A program made the translations under genes and the position numbers. Under the pieces are notes generated by a model. That model was not told where the DNA came from. It worked only from the letters and a program-made list of their open reading frames with translations, and ran no database searches. Positions 39,180-48,412 of a stretch of DNA of 64,000 bases are shown here, one piece after another (the stretch's first letter is position 1; every line of letters begins with the position of its first letter). The stretch comes from a virus, in IMG/VR virus record IMGVR_UViG_3300043411_001114, positions 32,001 to 96,000 of that record. One strand, given 5' to 3'.

Positions 39180-40577
39180 GTGACTCTCCACCAGCACAGC
39201 GAGTTCTCCTTCCTCGATGGCAGGGCCAGGACGATGGAGATCGCCCAGGCAGCCCAGGCCGCCGGGTACGACTCGGTGGCCATCACCGACCACGACGAGG
39301 TCGGTGGCCACATCGACTTCCAGAAATCGTGCAGGAAGGTGGGAATCAAGCCGATCTTCGGCACCGAGGCCCGCTGGGTACGTTCGATCGGGGCTAGCCG
39401 TGAAGCTAAGTCTGCCGGTCGCGACTCGTCGCACATCGTGCTGCTGGCACAGAATCAGACCGGACTGCGTAACCTGTGGGCCTTGTCTTCGCTGGCCTAC
39501 GAGCCTCACTACTTCTACGGTAAACCTCAACTCGACGTCGACCTGATGTCTCGTTATTCGGATGGACTCTGGGCGAGCGACGGATGCTCACTCACCAGAT
39601 TTACCGGCTTCGTCAATGACAATGACGAGGATTCGGCCCTGGAGGAGTGGGGTATCCTGCAGGATATCTTCGGTGACCGGTTCTACTCCGAGTTGCACAC
39701 CTTCCAGATCATCGACCCGGTGACTGACGAGGATAAGGCGCTTAACGCCCGCGTCACGGCAATGAATCAGGCCAAGATGCGGTTTGCCGAAAAGCGTGAC
39801 GTCCGGCTGGTCGCCGTCCATGACGCCCACTACGCCTACCGGCACCAGTGGGAGGAACATCGGCTGGTCTACAACCTGTCCACCCAGGCCTACCGCAAGG
39901 ATCAGGTCGAGTCCAAGGGCCAGGCCGCCGACTGGCTGATGGACCCCGACGACACGGTGTACTTTCTGGGCCGTCACGGCATTCCCACCTCGACCGCCCG
40001 GTCGGCGATCGCCAACGCCCGCGAGATTTCCGATCTGTGCAACGTCGAGATCAATCCCACCCTGTCGATGCCGCGCCTGTACCCGTCCGACGCCGAGGAC
40101 TCGGCGGCCTTCCGCGCCGCGATCGAGGAGGGGTTCCGTCGTTTCGTCGTCGACAAGGGGTTGCCCGAGGACGTCTACCGCCGCCGTCTGGAGTACGAGT
40201 CCGAACTCATCGTCGATCAGGGCATGCCGGGATATTTCAACGTGGTCGCCGATTACGTCCGTAGCGCCCGGGACGGCACCTACATTCAGTGGGTCGACCG
40301 AACCGCCAAACCCAGTCCCTGCCTGTGCGGCCCGGGCCGTGGTTCGGGCGGCGGCTCGCTGGTCAACTATGTCCTGGGCATCACCAGCCTCGACCCGATC
40401 AAATATGACCTGATGTTCGAGCGGTTCATCAACCCTGATAGGGCGAGCGAAAAGAGAAGAATAGAATTAGATTCTGGTGAAGTTCTAGAACTCAATCCAG
40501 GTGACTCGGTGCAACTCAGTGATGGTCGCGTTGTTGTGGCGAGGGACCTCAAGGAGGGGGACGATATATCTTGCTAG
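39180..40577 (+). CDS. dnaE: DNA polymerase III alpha, N-terminal part (PHP + start of palm) with a 44-aa appended tag
   Basis: LHQHSEFSFLDG, AITDHD, GPGRGSGGGSLV.Y.LGIT.LDP..YDLMFERFINPDR. Confidence 0.92.
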   Translation: MTLHQHSEFSFLDGRARTMEIAQAAQAAGYDSVAITDHDEVGGHIDFQKSCRKVGIKPIFGTEARWVRSIGASREAKSAGRDSSHIVLLAQNQTGLRNLWALSSLAYEPHYFYGKPQLDVDLMSRYSDGLWASDGCSLTRFTGFVNDNDEDSALEEWGILQDIFGDRFYSELHTFQIIDPVTDEDKALNARVTAMNQAKMRFAEKRDVRLVAVHDAHYAYRHQWEEHRLVYNLSTQAYRKDQVESKGQAADWLMDPDDTVYFLGRHGIPTSTARSAIANAREISDLCNVEINPTLSMPRLYPSDAEDSAAFRAAIEEGFRRFVVDKGLPEDVYRRRLEYESELIVDQGMPGYFNVVADYVRSARDGTYIQWVDRTAKPSPCLCGPGRGSGGGSLVNYVLGITSLDPIKYDLMFERFINPDRASEKRRIELDSGEVLELNPGDSVQLSDGRVVVARDLKEGDDISC

Positions 40578-41435
40578 AAAAAGTGAAGAACGAGAAGTTC
40601 CGTCGCGCCAAGTGTTTGTTGGTAATAGATCGAGATTGGCTTTCTGAAAAATATCTTGAAGAAAGACTCTCTAAGAGGGAGATAGCTAAGCAGGCTGGGT
40701 GCGATGTTAGTATTATTACGCGCGAGGTTGTTCGTCATGGGTTTTCAAGAAAAAGACCGGAGTGCAAGCCTCGAATCATTCTTCCCGACACGGAGTTCAG
40801 GGAAGATTATTTGTCCGGAAAACCAATGACAGACATGGCTGTTCGGTTTGGTTGTTCGGAGGACGTTATCAGACGTGAAGCTCGTAGGTTTGGTCTTCCT
40901 CCGAGGAAAAATGTTCCCATTCCTCAGGACCTGGAAGAGCTTTTGGTGGAGCGCAAGTGGTTGTGTTCCAGAGTTGCACGACATTATCAGGTTTGTGAAG
41001 ATACCGTCTATAAATGGATAAGAGAAACTGGGCTTAGTGATAGGCACCCAGTCCTTGCCAGGAGGGGAAGGCGGGGAATCAGGGGTTATCGGCATGATCT
41101 AGGCATGAGTTTTCGTAGCCGTTGGGAAGCCAATTACGCCAGAATACTCAATTATGAAGGAATTGTTTTTGAGTACGAGAAGCATAAAATTGAGGTCGAA
41201 AACGGACATAAATACGTTCCCGATTTTCGATTGATGAACGGTACGTTTGTTGAAGTGAAAGGACTTTCGACCAGAAGTAATTTGTGGAAGTTTGAGGATG
41301 CTGTTCGGCGCTATCCAGACAAGAATTTTGTTCTTGTGGACAAGCCTGTTTATAAGATTTTGGAGCGCGAATATCGCCATCTTCCTGGATGGGAGACCAA
41401 TGCCTAAGGTTGTTGCGGTTTCTGTTATTCGTACA
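40443..41435 (+). mobile_element. Low-GC element splitting dnaE: N-tag + endonuclease gene + new start/C-tag
   Basis: Removing 40443-41435 restores NPDR-GDL-PDIDVDF in frame; codon usage changes sharply at both ends. Confidence 0.85.
40571..41407 (+). CDS. Putative homing endonuclease: tandem HTH repeats + PD-(D/E)XK nuclease
   Basis: Three HTH-like units (IAKQAGCD, MAVRFGCS, VARHYQVC); FRSRWEA...YVPDF...VEVKG; AAGGAGG RBS before TTG. Confidence 0.85.
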   Translation: MLEKVKNEKFRRAKCLLVIDRDWLSEKYLEERLSKREIAKQAGCDVSIITREVVRHGFSRKRPECKPRIILPDTEFREDYLSGKPMTDMAVRFGCSEDVIRREARRFGLPPRKNVPIPQDLEELLVERKWLCSRVARHYQVCEDTVYKWIRETGLSDRHPVLARRGRRGIRGYRHDLGMSFRSRWEANYARILNYEGIVFEYEKHKIEVENGHKYVPDFRLMNGTFVEVKGLSTRSNLWKFEDAVRRYPDKNFVLVDKPVYKILEREYRHLPGWETNA

Positions 41436-43553
41436 GGAGACCTTCCTGACATCGACGTCGACTTCCAGAAGTCGAAGCGCGGCGACGTCAAGATGTATCT
41501 CGGTGCCCGATACGGGCACGACAATGTCTGCTCGATCGGCACCCGCTCCCGCTCTGGCCCCAAGCAGATGGTCAAAGACCTCGGCCGCGCCCTGAAGATC
41601 GACTGGGTCGACATCCAGAAGATCGCCGACCTCATCGGTGAGGTCGACGATATTGAGGCTTCCGAGGACGATCTTGCCGACGACCTGGCCGCCCCGACCT
41701 GGAGCGAGGTGGTGGCCGCCCTCGACTCCGACCTGGCCCCCTGGGCGCGCAAGTACCCCGAACTCTTCGACCGGCTGGAGAACATGGTCGGCCTGGTGCG
41801 TCAGGCCGGGGTGCACGCCGCCGGGGTGGTGGTCAACACCGAACCGCTGCTCGGCAATATCCCGACCAGAATCAAAAAAGGCATCCGTTCCACTCAGTTC
41901 GACATGCATGAATGCGCTGAACTCGGCGGCGTGAAGGACGACCTGCTGGCCAACAAGGGCCTGGACGTCCTCGACGTCGCTCGCACCCTGATCTGGGAGC
42001 GGCATCAGGTCTGGCTCGACTATGACGGCTTCGGTTTTGGCATCCCCGAGGGGTGCCCGAAGCATCGCGTGGTGACCTTCGGCGACGAGCATTACGCCGA
42101 CCCGGCCATCTGGGAGCAGATCGACCTGGGCATGACCGCCGGTATCTTCCAGATCGGCACCCCGTCGGGCACCAAGCAGGCGATGCGGTTCAAACCCCGG
42201 TCGTTGCCCGAACTGGCCGACCTCGCCTCCATCAACCGTCCCGGCGTGATCCGGGCCGGGCAGTTGGATCACTACCTCAAGCGCCGTAACGGTGACGAGG
42301 ACATCACCTACGACCACCCGCTGATGGAGCCGATCACCGCCCGCACGATGGGCATCCTGGTCTACCAGGAGGACATGATCCGCACCGCCCGCGAACTGGC
42401 CGGATTCACCGCCGGTCAGGGCGAGGAACTCCGTAAGGCGATCGGCAAGAAGCTGGCCGACAAGATCGCCGAGATCAAGCCCCGTTTCATCGAGGGTTGT
42501 ATGGCCAATCCGGACTTCACCGGCCCGGGCGGCACCAGGTCTACCGCCATGAAGATTTGGGCCTCGCTGGAAGCCGCCGGAGCCTACAGCTTCAATAAAG
42601 CCCACGCCACCGGGTACGCGATGCAGCCGTGCTGGGAGATATGGACCAAACACCACTACTTCGATGAGTTCATCGTCGCCTGCCTGACGGTAATGCCGGA
42701 GAAGACCGTCCAGCTGGTGCGGGAGTGCCGGAAAAAGGGTCGTCCCATCCTGCCCCCCGACATCAACACCTCGGGCGAACACTTCACCTTGACCGACGCC
42801 GGTATCCGATACGGGCTGACCGATATTCGGGGGGTCGGCAAGGCCGCCGCCGTTGACATTCTGGCCAATCGCCCTTACCGGGGCATCGGTGACTACTTGC
42901 ATCGCACCCACCCCAACAAGGGCGGTAAGAAGGGGGTCATCGACTCGCTGGTGAAGGTGGGGGCCTTCGACTCCATCGCTCACGGGATGGACCGTCAGGC
43001 CCTTCTGGACGAGGTCTACTACCACCGGGCCGGGCTGGAGGTCTCGCCCAACAAGTGGGGGAAACTCGGCCAGGACGAGAGGGACGCCATCGTCGCCTCC
43101 AAGTGGGACAAGAACCCCGACGACTACCCGGTGTTCCCCTTCGGGGACGAGAAGTTCATTGTCGCCCTGGAGACCGAACTGCTGGGCACCCACGTCAGTA
43201 TCGACCCGATGGCTCCGTATGCGGCCATGATCGAGGCTGAGTGCATCTCACACCCTGCGGAGGTCGATGACTACGACACCTCCTCCCTGATCGCCATCGG
43301 TGGCGAACTGGTCAAGGTCAAGCAGCACAAGCAGCGCAACGGCAAGGACATGGCGTTCCTCGGCATCCGGTGGAATGAGGAGGACTTCGACGTCGTCGCC
43401 TTCGCCGACTCGTGGGAGGCTAATCGCGCCATGCTGCAGGAGACCGGGGTGCCTGTCGTCTGCGAGGCCATCAAGCTGCCCGGCAAGGGTTGTCTGCTCA
43501 GTCAGGTCATCCGTCTGGACTGGATGTGTGAAGAATCGAAAACAGGAGAATGA
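41400..43553 (+). CDS. dnaE: DNA polymerase III alpha, C-terminal part with a 12-aa N-terminal tag
   Basis: GGGAG RBS, MPKVVAVSVIRT then GDLPDIDVDF, GVHAAGVV, GIFQ, NRPG, VYQE, YSFNKAHA, PDINTS, OB fold. Confidence 0.92.
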   Translation: MPKVVAVSVIRTGDLPDIDVDFQKSKRGDVKMYLGARYGHDNVCSIGTRSRSGPKQMVKDLGRALKIDWVDIQKIADLIGEVDDIEASEDDLADDLAAPTWSEVVAALDSDLAPWARKYPELFDRLENMVGLVRQAGVHAAGVVVNTEPLLGNIPTRIKKGIRSTQFDMHECAELGGVKDDLLANKGLDVLDVARTLIWERHQVWLDYDGFGFGIPEGCPKHRVVTFGDEHYADPAIWEQIDLGMTAGIFQIGTPSGTKQAMRFKPRSLPELADLASINRPGVIRAGQLDHYLKRRNGDEDITYDHPLMEPITARTMGILVYQEDMIRTARELAGFTAGQGEELRKAIGKKLADKIAEIKPRFIEGCMANPDFTGPGGTRSTAMKIWASLEAAGAYSFNKAHATGYAMQPCWEIWTKHHYFDEFIVACLTVMPEKTVQLVRECRKKGRPILPPDINTSGEHFTLTDAGIRYGLTDIRGVGKAAAVDILANRPYRGIGDYLHRTHPNKGGKKGVIDSLVKVGAFDSIAHGMDRQALLDEVYYHRAGLEVSPNKWGKLGQDERDAIVASKWDKNPDDYPVFPFGDEKFIVALETELLGTHVSIDPMAPYAAMIEAECISHPAEVDDYDTSSLIAIGGELVKVKQHKQRNGKDMAFLGIRWNEEDFDVVAFADSWEANRAMLQETGVPVVCEAIKLPGKGCLLSQVIRLDWMCEESKTGE

Positions 43554-44653
43554 TGAGTAATACCGCCGTGGTCGACAAGCTGCTGGGCGAACTGCAGTCC
43601 AAGTTCGGGGCCGGGGCGGTGATGCGGGCCAACGAGGTTCCTATCCGGCCGCCCATCACCTCGGGGAGCCTGTCTCTGGACTTCGCCACCGGTATCGGGG
43701 GCCTGCCCTCGGATCGGGTCATCGAGGTCGCCGGGGACGAGGGTAGCGGAAAAACTACGCTTGGTCTGTTATCTATGATGCACTTCCTCGACACCTCCCC
43801 CGACCGGGTCGCGGTCATCATCGACACCGAGCACAAGCTCACCATGGACTGGGTCGAGTACCTGATCGGCATCGACCGGATGCAGAGGGTCATCTACCTC
43901 TCGCCGGATCATATGGAGCAGGCCACCAACATGTACGTCGACGCCGTCTCGTCGGGTCAGGTCGGTTTCGTCCTGTTCGACTCGATCGGCGGCAGCCCCA
44001 CCAAGGCCGCCACCGAAAAGGAGGCCGAGAAGGTTCAGGTCGGCGGCAATGCCGGGGCGGTCACCAAGTTCGCCCGCCTGGCCTCCACCCACGCCAGCAA
44101 ATATCACTGCCTGACCTTCTGTATCAACCAGGTCCGCACCGACATGGAGGGCTTCCGGCGTCACATGACACCGGGTGGGCACGGCTTCAAGCACGCCTGC
44201 GTGATGCGGATCAAGCTCCGGCGTGTCACCTCCGACAAGGTCGAGGCGGTGGTCAACGGCGAGAAGATGGTCGTCGGCTTCAAGGTGGCGGCCTCGGTCA
44301 TCAAGAACCAGGTAGGGGCACCGGGCAGAACCGCATGGTGGTGGTTCTACAACGTCGACACCCCCGAGTACGGGTTCGGGATCGACACCCTGGAGGAGGT
44401 CGTCCGGCTCTCGGTCGCCACCAAGATCGTCGCCCAGAACGGTTCCTGGTACAGCCATCCGGCGCTGCCCGAGTACAAGACCTCCGGCGAGCACAAGGTG
44501 CAGGGCATCAGCGGACTGCGGTCTCTGATCGCCGCCGACCCGGCCCTGCAGCAGACCATCGTGTCCGAGACGATGGCCGTCCTGAAGGACGACACCGCGC
44601 TCGCCTCCGAGATCGCCCCGTTCGACCCCGAGGCCGTCGAGGAAGACTTGTGA
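43550..44653 (+). CDS. recA: RecA-like recombinase
   Basis: SGSLSLDFATGIGGLP, GDEGSGKTT, DTEH, FDSI, INQVR, TPGGHGFK. Confidence 0.95.
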   Translation: MMSNTAVVDKLLGELQSKFGAGAVMRANEVPIRPPITSGSLSLDFATGIGGLPSDRVIEVAGDEGSGKTTLGLLSMMHFLDTSPDRVAVIIDTEHKLTMDWVEYLIGIDRMQRVIYLSPDHMEQATNMYVDAVSSGQVGFVLFDSIGGSPTKAATEKEAEKVQVGGNAGAVTKFARLASTHASKYHCLTFCINQVRTDMEGFRRHMTPGGHGFKHACVMRIKLRRVTSDKVEAVVNGEKMVVGFKVAASVIKNQVGAPGRTAWWWFYNVDTPEYGFGIDTLEEVVRLSVATKIVAQNGSWYSHPALPEYKTSGEHKVQGISGLRSLIAADPALQQTIVSETMAVLKDDTALASEIAPFDPEAVEEDL

Positions 44654-45147
44654 CGGTTGGTTGGGTTCTTTCACACCGGGCTGATCCCGAGGTTGTCCCT
44701 ATGGCCGACCGTCACTACAACCGTCAGAAGATTGGTAGTCCGCAATTCGTGCCGCCGGGCCGGTGTCATGTCCTCAAGATCGGCACCGCAGAACAGTTGA
44801 GAACTCCCGATTCCGGAGGGGCGTTCTGGGTAACCTCCTATCCTTTCGCTGAATATGTCAAGCATGCCTGGGCGGGTGCCTGGGTATGTTCGGCTTTCAG
44901 GAATGAGGGTGCCGGTGTTTCTTCGGAACTGATTAAGGGAGCGGTGTTGTCGACTCGATCGAAGTGGGAGGTTCCTGAGTTGGGGATGGTGTCTTTTATT
45001 GACCCGTCAAAAGTTCAGCCGAGACCGATAAGGGGTCGAAAGACGTGGGGGCACTCCTGGTTTGAGGCAGGGTTTTCCCATGTCGGATACACCAAGGCCG
45101 GTTTGTGGGTTTTCCAGATTCTTCCCGATCGCATTGGGGCACTGTGA
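44650..45147 (+). CDS. Putative Mom-like GNAT-fold protein
   Basis: ADRHY, CSAFRNEG..SSELI, SFID, W.EAGF.HVGYTK; GTGA overlap with recA; lower GC. Confidence 0.5.
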   Translation: MTVGWVLSHRADPEVVPMADRHYNRQKIGSPQFVPPGRCHVLKIGTAEQLRTPDSGGAFWVTSYPFAEYVKHAWAGAWVCSAFRNEGAGVSSELIKGAVLSTRSKWEVPELGMVSFIDPSKVQPRPIRGRKTWGHSWFEAGFSHVGYTKAGLWVFQILPDRIGAL

Positions 45148-45623
45148 GGGCCGTGGAGCCGGGCTGGGATGCACGGTTCTGGGCCAAGGTTCAGAAGACC
45201 GATGGCTGCTGGCTCTGGACTGGCCATGTCACCCCCGAGGGTTATGGTCGGTTTTCTCGCCAGCGCCGCCTGGTCGGCCCGCACAGGCTTTCCTACGAGA
45301 TGGTTCATGGTCCTATCCCTGACGGCATGCAGGTAGACCATCACCACACCTGCCCCAAGAACTGCGTCAACCCAGACCATCTCCGCCTGGCCACCCAGAA
45401 GCAGAACATGGAGAACCTGAATGGCGCGACGGCCCGGAGCAAGAGTGGAGTTAGAGGCGTCTGGTGGAACGAACAGCGCCAGCGGTGGTGTGCCCAGATT
45501 TGTCACAACTACAAGATGATTCACGTCGGTCGGTATCTCACCCTGGAGGAAGCCAAGGCTGCTGTGGTCGCCAAACGCAACGAGCTTTTCACTCACAGCG
45601 ACATGGACACGGGGAGCAGGTAA
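45144..45623 (+). CDS. HNH endonuclease with AP2 domain
   Basis: RFWAKV..TDGCWLWTG, HRLSY, VDH..C..CVNPDHL...N; SGVRGV.W....W.AQI....VGRY...EEA. Confidence 0.9.
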   Translation: MRAVEPGWDARFWAKVQKTDGCWLWTGHVTPEGYGRFSRQRRLVGPHRLSYEMVHGPIPDGMQVDHHHTCPKNCVNPDHLRLATQKQNMENLNGATARSKSGVRGVWWNEQRQRWCAQICHNYKMIHVGRYLTLEEAKAAVVAKRNELFTHSDMDTGSR

Positions 45624-45988
45624 TGCGACACGAGCTTGGGTGGGAGGCGTTTGAGCGCTACGTCAACCGGGTGCTGGGACTGCAGGCCACCGTCGCTTCG
45701 GGCAGCAAGGACTATGACCCCGGCGACGGGGTGGATCGCCGCCATCACACCGAGACCGACTACGCCCTGATGGTTGACGCCAAGTTCACCGAGCGCAAAT
45801 CTTTCTCGTTCTCGGCCAAGGTGATGGGTCAGTACGTCCGTCGTGCCGCGATGGCCGGGAAGAAATTTGTCCTCCCCGTGCGCCTTCTGGACACCGCCAG
45901 CGGCGAGAATCATGATTATGTTGTTGTTCCCCTACAGGATTATGTAGCGTTGCTGGAAACCTACCGAAAGAGTGCCGAAATTGACTAA
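45623..45988 (+). CDS. Small PD-(D/E)XK nuclease (resolvase-like)
   Basis: FE...ASGS...GDG...VDAK. Confidence 0.65.
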   Translation: MRHELGWEAFERYVNRVLGLQATVASGSKDYDPGDGVDRRHHTETDYALMVDAKFTERKSFSFSAKVMGQYVRRAAMAGKKFVLPVRLLDTASGENHDYVVVPLQDYVALLETYRKSAEID

Positions 45989-46748
45989 AGCCTATGGTTC
46001 AATTCTGGACTCCCTCGCCGACCAGCAGTTGCTGATTCCGTACTTCCGCAATGCTTTGGTGAGCGGGAAGTGGCCCGACAGCTATCAGGTGAAAATCGAC
46101 TCCAGCCCCTACTACGGCACCGGCGACGGGTATTTTCACCCCTCCACCCACTCCCTGATGGGGGCCAGGGAGTTGTACTACCGCTTCCATCCAGAACACC
46201 GGGATCATGTCATTCGGGAGCCGCGCAACCCGCAGTCGGAGATGACCTTCGCGGTCGGGTCTGCTATTCACGGGGTGGTGCAGACCCAGTTCCAGATGGC
46301 CGGTCTGATCCGCGACGAGTCCGACGTCGAGGTCGAGTATGTGATCGACGAGCACCACGTCCGGGGCCGCATCGACTTCATTGTCCACCACCCGGACGGC
46401 AACACCTACCCGGTGGAACTCAAGACGACGTCCAGCCGAAACTACTCGTTCCTCAAGGGCATCAAAGAATCCTGGGACGCCCAGCTGTCGATGGGCCTGT
46501 ACGGCACCGGCTACGCCACCGGAATCCTGTTGGTGCAGGAGGTCGGCTACCCCTACCAGATGCAGGAGTTCCGGGTCGACCGCAACGACGAACTGCTGTC
46601 GGAGATCTTCGACAAGTTCGCCCGGGTTCGGGAGTGCATCGCCAATAACACCCCGCCCGAGCACTGTTGCCCCTCCGACTCGGTGGCGATGAAGGCCTGC
46701 CCGGCCCGCTATTCCTGCTGGCTCAAGGATAGGGTTGTCGTCGAGTGA
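45972..46748 (+). CDS. Cas4/RecB-like exonuclease
   Basis: HPS, GSAIH, GRID, VELKT, Q, C-terminal C...CP...C. Confidence 0.85.
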   Translation: MPKLTKAYGSILDSLADQQLLIPYFRNALVSGKWPDSYQVKIDSSPYYGTGDGYFHPSTHSLMGARELYYRFHPEHRDHVIREPRNPQSEMTFAVGSAIHGVVQTQFQMAGLIRDESDVEVEYVIDEHHVRGRIDFIVHHPDGNTYPVELKTTSSRNYSFLKGIKESWDAQLSMGLYGTGYATGILLVQEVGYPYQMQEFRVDRNDELLSEIFDKFARVRECIANNTPPEHCCPSDSVAMKACPARYSCWLKDRVVVE

Positions 46749-47128
46749 CCAGGAGCCGTTCCTCCGCCCGCGCCGCCGGTTCCCGAACCGAGCGGCTGGT
46801 CGCCGACTATCTCGCGGCCTCTCTGGATGACGACCGTATCGACCGCAGGCCCAAGTACGGCTCCAAGGATCGGGGCGACGTCGGCGGCCTCAGGGTTCAT
46901 GGACAGCGTCTGGTGGTGGAGGTCAAAGACTGCGCCCGCACCGACCTGCCCGGGTGGACGTCCGAGGCCCACGTCGAGGCCTGCAACGATGACGCCCTGG
47001 CCGGTGTGGTGGTCGCCAAGCGTCGGGGAACCACCGAGCCGGGGAAGTTCTGGGTCTTCATGACCGTGGACGACCTGCTGGCTTTGATGACCGGCGAGCG
47101 GCACGGACACCGGAAGGACATCGTGTGA
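46745..47128 (+). CDS. Holliday junction resolvase
   Basis: G.RTER.VADYL...G.KDRGDV.G...VVEVK. Confidence 0.85.
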   Translation: MTRSRSSARAAGSRTERLVADYLAASLDDDRIDRRPKYGSKDRGDVGGLRVHGQRLVVEVKDCARTDLPGWTSEAHVEACNDDALAGVVVAKRRGTTEPGKFWVFMTVDDLLALMTGERHGHRKDIV

Positions 47129-47847
47129 GTTTCGACCACGAGGGTGATATGGCCGAGGCCGTCTCCCGCCGACTGCACTCCGAGCACCTGGAGGCCATCG
47201 CCGCAGCGGGCGACACTTTCGTTGACGAAGAGCCGGTGATGGTAGCCAACGTCAAGGCGCTCTTTGATCGGATAACCTTCCGCTGGCGGGCTGATGAGAG
47301 GTCTCAACTCGACCGCATCCGCGCCGCCGCCGACACCATCGTCAAAGACATGTTCGTCGACGCCTACGGCGCGATGGATGACTTCTTCGCCGAGGTGAGG
47401 GTTCCCGAGATCAATGAGCACGGGGTCGTCCTGCACGATCAGGACGGGAGGATCGTTTGGCGCTGCGACGACCGGGGCGACCCGATAGAGGACTGGTCAT
47501 GCATGACCGGCCAGGACATCGAGGCCTGCCTGTTCCGCCTGAGTCGCATCAAACTGTCGGTCGCCTCGCAGGTTCACGAACTGCTCATGGAGGCCGTGTT
47601 CGCCAAACACGTTCATGACGACCAGTACCAGGAAGCCTATGCTGAAATGCTGGACGAGACCATTCCCGGCAGGAACGCCTACGCCTCCCGGAAAACCCGT
47701 CAGGATAAATACCATGCTTTTTTCAGGTATTACCTGTGGAGTACGTCTAAGGTGTTTCTCGATGAGGTCACTAATTTCTGTCGCCTGCTGGAGCGGGTTC
47801 GGTATTGGCGGATCGACGATATGAAGATTCAGGCGAAGCGGGCCTGA
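47125..47847 (+). CDS. Hypothetical helical protein
   Basis: Coupled ORF, 240 aa. Confidence 0.65.
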   Translation: MSFDHEGDMAEAVSRRLHSEHLEAIAAAGDTFVDEEPVMVANVKALFDRITFRWRADERSQLDRIRAAADTIVKDMFVDAYGAMDDFFAEVRVPEINEHGVVLHDQDGRIVWRCDDRGDPIEDWSCMTGQDIEACLFRLSRIKLSVASQVHELLMEAVFAKHVHDDQYQEAYAEMLDETIPGRNAYASRKTRQDKYHAFFRYYLWSTSKVFLDEVTNFCRLLERVRYWRIDDMKIQAKRA

Positions 47848-47851
47848 ATCA

Positions 47852-48412
47852 ATGGGACGCCGATTACCTCCCTATGACCCTGATCGGGATGGCGATTACG
47901 CTACCTCGAAACGCAGGATTCAGGTCTTTAAGAGGGTGTATCAGCACTACTACCACTGGCAGTCACTGAGGGAGACCGGGGAGGTCGGTGACACTCTGTC
48001 GGTGGACGGCGAGGAGATTTACATCGGTGACCTGATGGTGGGCATCGACACCCTTCCCAACCGCCAGCGTCAGGCCTTCGAGTTGATCTGCTTGCGGGGG
48101 TTCACCGAGTCGGCGGCGACCGCCATCCTCCTCCCCCACTCCCGGTGGTCGACCCCCGTCCAGCAGTACAGTGACGACGGCTTGAAGAAGATGGTCGCCG
48201 CCTACGACGCCAAGCAGAATGGAACGTGGGATTCCCGGGCGGCGAAGCTGAAGAAACGAAAATCATGTAATGACCCGCCGCAGAGTTATGAAATAACGAA
48301 TAACAAAGACTTCGGATGTAGCCTGACTGCAGAACTGAACAGTAATGCAATTCAGGATTCGGCTCTGCAGTCAGAGTCCGAAATCGCCCCCGACGACGAT
48401 GATCAAAAGTAG
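47852..48412 (+). CDS. Sigma70 region-4-like HTH protein
   Basis: IDTLPNRQRQAFEL.CLRGFTES.A. Confidence 0.7.
   Translation: MGRRLPPYDPDRDGDYATSKRRIQVFKRVYQHYYHWQSLRETGEVGDTLSVDGEEIYIGDLMVGIDTLPNRQRQAFELICLRGFTESAATAILLPHSRWSTPVQQYSDDGLKKMVAAYDAKQNGTWDSRAAKLKKRKSCNDPPQSYEITNNKDFGCSLTAELNSNAIQDSALQSESEIAPDDDDQK

Noticed and set aside
40443-41435. Group I intron in dnaE
   Set aside because: The insert is entirely covered by overlapping ORFs with their own RBSs. I found no recognisable P7/R/S core and no in-frame U|...G| splice pair at the junction.
40443-41435. Canonical split intein (Npu/Ssp DnaE type)
   Set aside because: No N-terminal Cys/Ser block A, no TxxH, no terminal (H)N, and the fragments are too short for a full Hint domain.
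45972-46748. CRISPR-Cas system
   Set aside because: A solo Cas4-like nuclease in a recombination operon; no repeat-spacer array or other cas genes seen.
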